Shown here: piece after piece, positions 60,591 to 64,000 of the stretch
How positions within the stretch are numbered: the stretch's first letter is position 1
Layout of the letters: the number at the start of each line of letters is the position of its first letter
NCBI RefSeq assembly: GCF_006345805.1
Contig: NC_042998.1
Coordinates: 141,360,001 to 141,424,000, forward strand
Direction: 5' to 3'
DNA: 64,000 nt
Source: Octopus sinensis
Lineage: Eukaryota
Notes under the pieces: model-generated
What the model saw: only the letters and a program-made list of their open reading frames with translations
Database searches by the model: none
Told to the model about the DNA's origin: nothing
Made by a program: the position numbers and the translations under genes

Positions 60591-63260
60591 ATATTGTTGG
60601 GTTAATACCAGTTACTTGCTGTTGGTAGTACACAGGTCATAAAAAAAAAATACATATTACCTTAATCATTGGACAAGCATATATTTTATTCAACATTCCT
60701 TTGTACAACTCTGTTCAATTAATTCCAGCTTGACCAAGCTTTATACATGCTAGAAAATTTACTGTTGGCTGTTCTTATGTATCAGAACTACTGTTTTGAT
60801 AGGACTGCGAAGGATGAATTTGGTAGTTGTAGCTGATGATGTGCAAAAACACAGAAATGCATGCGTCCCACAATCTCATGACATCATTCATAGCCCGATA
60901 TGTTTTTACACATTATCTATGAGGAGAAAATTCTCCCGAGACTATTTTCATAGTGAAAAGTCTTTCCACATTCAAGTGTACACAAACATGTTAAATATCA
61001 TTGTACATGAATATAAAAAATTATGACTAAAATAATTAAGGCTCCTCACTCTAAAAACAACAACAGCCAATTAAAATTAAGAAATATTTATATAAGTAAT
61101 GTCTACTTCATCTTGTTTGATGACCTTAATCACCTCATACATAAGCAGAACTATAGTATAGAAGTATGTAATAAAATATTTTCATAGGCAATGACATGAG
61201 AGGCAACCAATCTTGTATATAATGTAATTCTATCTGAACTGAAACAAAAACACTACTGTATAATGTTTTGGTTTGCATCTATTTTTTATATTTCAGATTA
61301 GCAGTTTTGGGACTGATTTTTTTAAACCTCTTGATACCAACCTGTACAAGACAGTTTCTGGTTCTATGATACAAACTTTCTGTTTCAGAGTGATTTAAAT
61401 TAAAACCCTCCCTCCAAATTTCATGTGAATTTATGTTCCAAATACCACCTTAGTAATAACAACAGTTATTTTACTAAATTTTTCAATATTTTCAAAATTA
61501 ATTGAAACAAAGACAGTGTGTATCAACAGAAATATGGTAACAAAAGGGTTAAAGTGATCTAATTTAAAACCCTCCATCTGAATTTCATGTGAATTTATGT
61601 TCCAAATACCAGCTTAATAATAACAACAGTTGTTTTATTAAATTCTTCAGTGTTTTTGAAAATAATTGAAACAAAGGCAGTGTACATCAATATGGTAACA
61701 AAAGGGTTAATGACTTCTCTCATTAGAAAATTGCAAACAAACAACACTGTTTGAATGAATGGCAACCTTGATTTATAAACAGCACATACATACCAAGACA
61801 TACATATACACACATGTATCATGGGCCTCTTCCAGTTTCTGTGTATCAACTTTTCAACTTCACTCACATGGTATTGATTGACCCATGGCTATTGTAGAAG
61901 ACATCAGTGGGAATAAACCCAGAATCATGTGGTTCCAATGCAAACTTTGTAACCATGAAACTATGCCTGTGCCTAAAACACATGCATTGTCATAATTTTA
62001 CAGGAACTCATGCAAATGTGTGTATGTATATGTATATACCATTACCATTTAACATCAGTTTTCCATGCTAGAATGGGTTGGTTGATATGTATGTGTGTGT
62101 CCCCATATGTTAAAGCAGAGGTTCACAGTTTATGATACTAGAATACTGACTGAAAGGGTAAGTGTTCAAATGACATTATAGGTACCACTATTGTGGCTGT
62201 GAGAGCAAGATATGAATTAGTAAATATGACACTTCAGAGCTTTTCAAGTCCCTCATTCCTGCTTCATATTTGACAGAGATGTCAGTCAAAAACCATTAAA
62301 AATTTGTGCCAATAATAAATGCAGATCAAACTGTACATCCAATTTACAATACACACACACACACACACACATTCTTTTAAGCATATCAGCCCAAAGGCTA
62401 AGAAAATAAAAAAGAGGTCAAGTATAATCAAATATAAGTATCTACAGGAAATATAAAGAATTCTCATTCCAAGCTAAAAATATATTTATAGATATATTTT
62501 AAGAAAGAAAAAAACCCCACCAAAAACAAAACAAAGAACCCAATTTCCTTTTCCTCTCCTCATTGATGTCACAGTCAGTCTTGCCTTTATTTTTATGCAC
62601 CAAGAAGCCATATTTTGTGCAGGAGATGCTGTCTACTTGGTTTACTAACCTTAATTTTTACAGTTTGATATATAATCTTTAAGTTAGGGGATCTACAGAG
62701 GCATAGATATTTACTATTGCTGCTGCTGTTGCTAGCAATAGTAGCTGCACTGCTTCCACCACCATTTAGAGACTGTCTTCTATATTAGCATGGGTTGGGT
62801 GGTCTGACAGAATGCGAAAAACCAGAGGCCTGCATTGAGCTCCAGTATCAGTTTTGACAATTTCTATGGCTAGATGTCCTTGCTGATGCCAACCACTTTA
62901 TACAGAGCATATTGGGTGCTTTGTTGTTGTTGTTGTTATGGCACTGGCACTAGTGAGGTTGTCAACTCATAAATTTTTAATATTTATGAAGTCTAAATAT
63001 GGATTCCCAGTCTCATTTGTAATGCAACAATTTTTCATTTTTTTTTTTTTACGGTGGAATTGTTTGACACAAATTAGTTGCGATAAATATTGTGATGATT
63101 AGTTTAGTTTCATCAGATATACACCTTTCCCTGCATCCATTCAACTATATAAACAGAAATGTTGGACTACATATTACTCCAACTCAGTTGAGGGTACTCT
63201 CCCTTTTCTGTTGTCTTGGTGACCTCACTAGTACCTGTGTCGCAAAAACATCCACTACAT

Positions 63261-63566
63261 CAGTGTTTCCCAACCTATTTTCCCCTAGTTCCAACTATAA
63301 CTTTCCAGGAAAATGTATGTCCCACTGGTGGTTGGAAAAAAACAACTTCATTTCTAATATATTTTATCACAATTATTTATACAAAAGTATCTACTGGTAA
63401 CTCTATTAAGTACTGAGTACAACAAAAAAGTACATTATTGACTAAGAAAAGAAAAAAGCAAATAACTTTAAAAAGAATCATGAGCTTGGTGACTACAGCA
63501 CCACACCCCACCACAATTTTCCAGGGCCCCACTGGTGGAGCATATGCTCCATGTTGAGAATCACTG
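63261..63566. mobile_element. hAT-type MITE
   Basis: TIRs cagtgtttcccaac / gttgagaatcactg. 8-bp TSD cactacat / aactacat (7/8 match). Confidence 0.8.
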
Positions 63567-64000
63567 AACTACATGCTGTAAAGTGGTTGACATCATAAAA
63601 GGCATCCAGCTGTAGAAATGATGCCAAAGCAGACAGTGGAGCATGATGCAGCCCTGCATTTTGTCAGATCCCATCAAACCATCCAGCCTGTGCTAGCAAG
63701 GAAAAATGGATGGTTAAATGATGATGATGAAGGTTTGAAAAAAATTTGTTTTTCTTATAAGTTCAGGCATAGCTGTGCGGGTCCCTTTACAATCACGTGG
63801 TTTCAGATTCAGTCTTGCCGTGTAGCACCTAGGCCAAGTGTCTATTACTAATGCATAGTAAATTATATAACATTATGCAAATCTGCATTATTACATAGCC
63901 ACTCACTACAGTGTATATTTACATAATGTTATGTAACATGTTATGTAACACACTTTACTTTGGTAATAAATAACCATGCTAATGAAACATGTGTAGTGGT

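Overview
Repeat-dense, AT-rich metazoan genomic DNA with abundant (TA)n, (CA)n, (CAT)n and (TAT)n microsatellites and several tRNA-derived SINE families. The repeat families look like octopus or another coleoid cephalopod; that is my recollection, not a database match. The left ~24 kb is a cluster of fairly young, CpG-retaining retroelements: Penelope-type remnants with hammerhead-ribozyme motifs; a 4.16-kb Gypsy LTR element (7637-11794, CTAA target-site duplication) whose gag and protease blocks are each inverted in place and whose RT/RNaseH is deleted; an ORF1-only Tx1/L1-type retroposon inserted inside a related ORF1; a higher-order minisatellite; and a decayed Tx1-type LINE. The right ~40 kb is older, CpG-decayed sequence (SINEs, RTE fragments, Tc1, mariner, hAT- and piggyBac-type MITEs) around the one clear host gene. 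That gene is a ~3.7-kb minus-strand coding exon (38903-42566) for a ~1200-aa low-complexity protein with three globular modules resembling the Ski/Dachshund-type winged-helix domain; a candidate short terminal exon lies at 32870-32892. I found no unambiguous new multi-gene system. The best leads are the ORF1-only nested retroposon, the three-module host protein, the scrambled Gypsy and the hammerheads. All alignments were done by eye.
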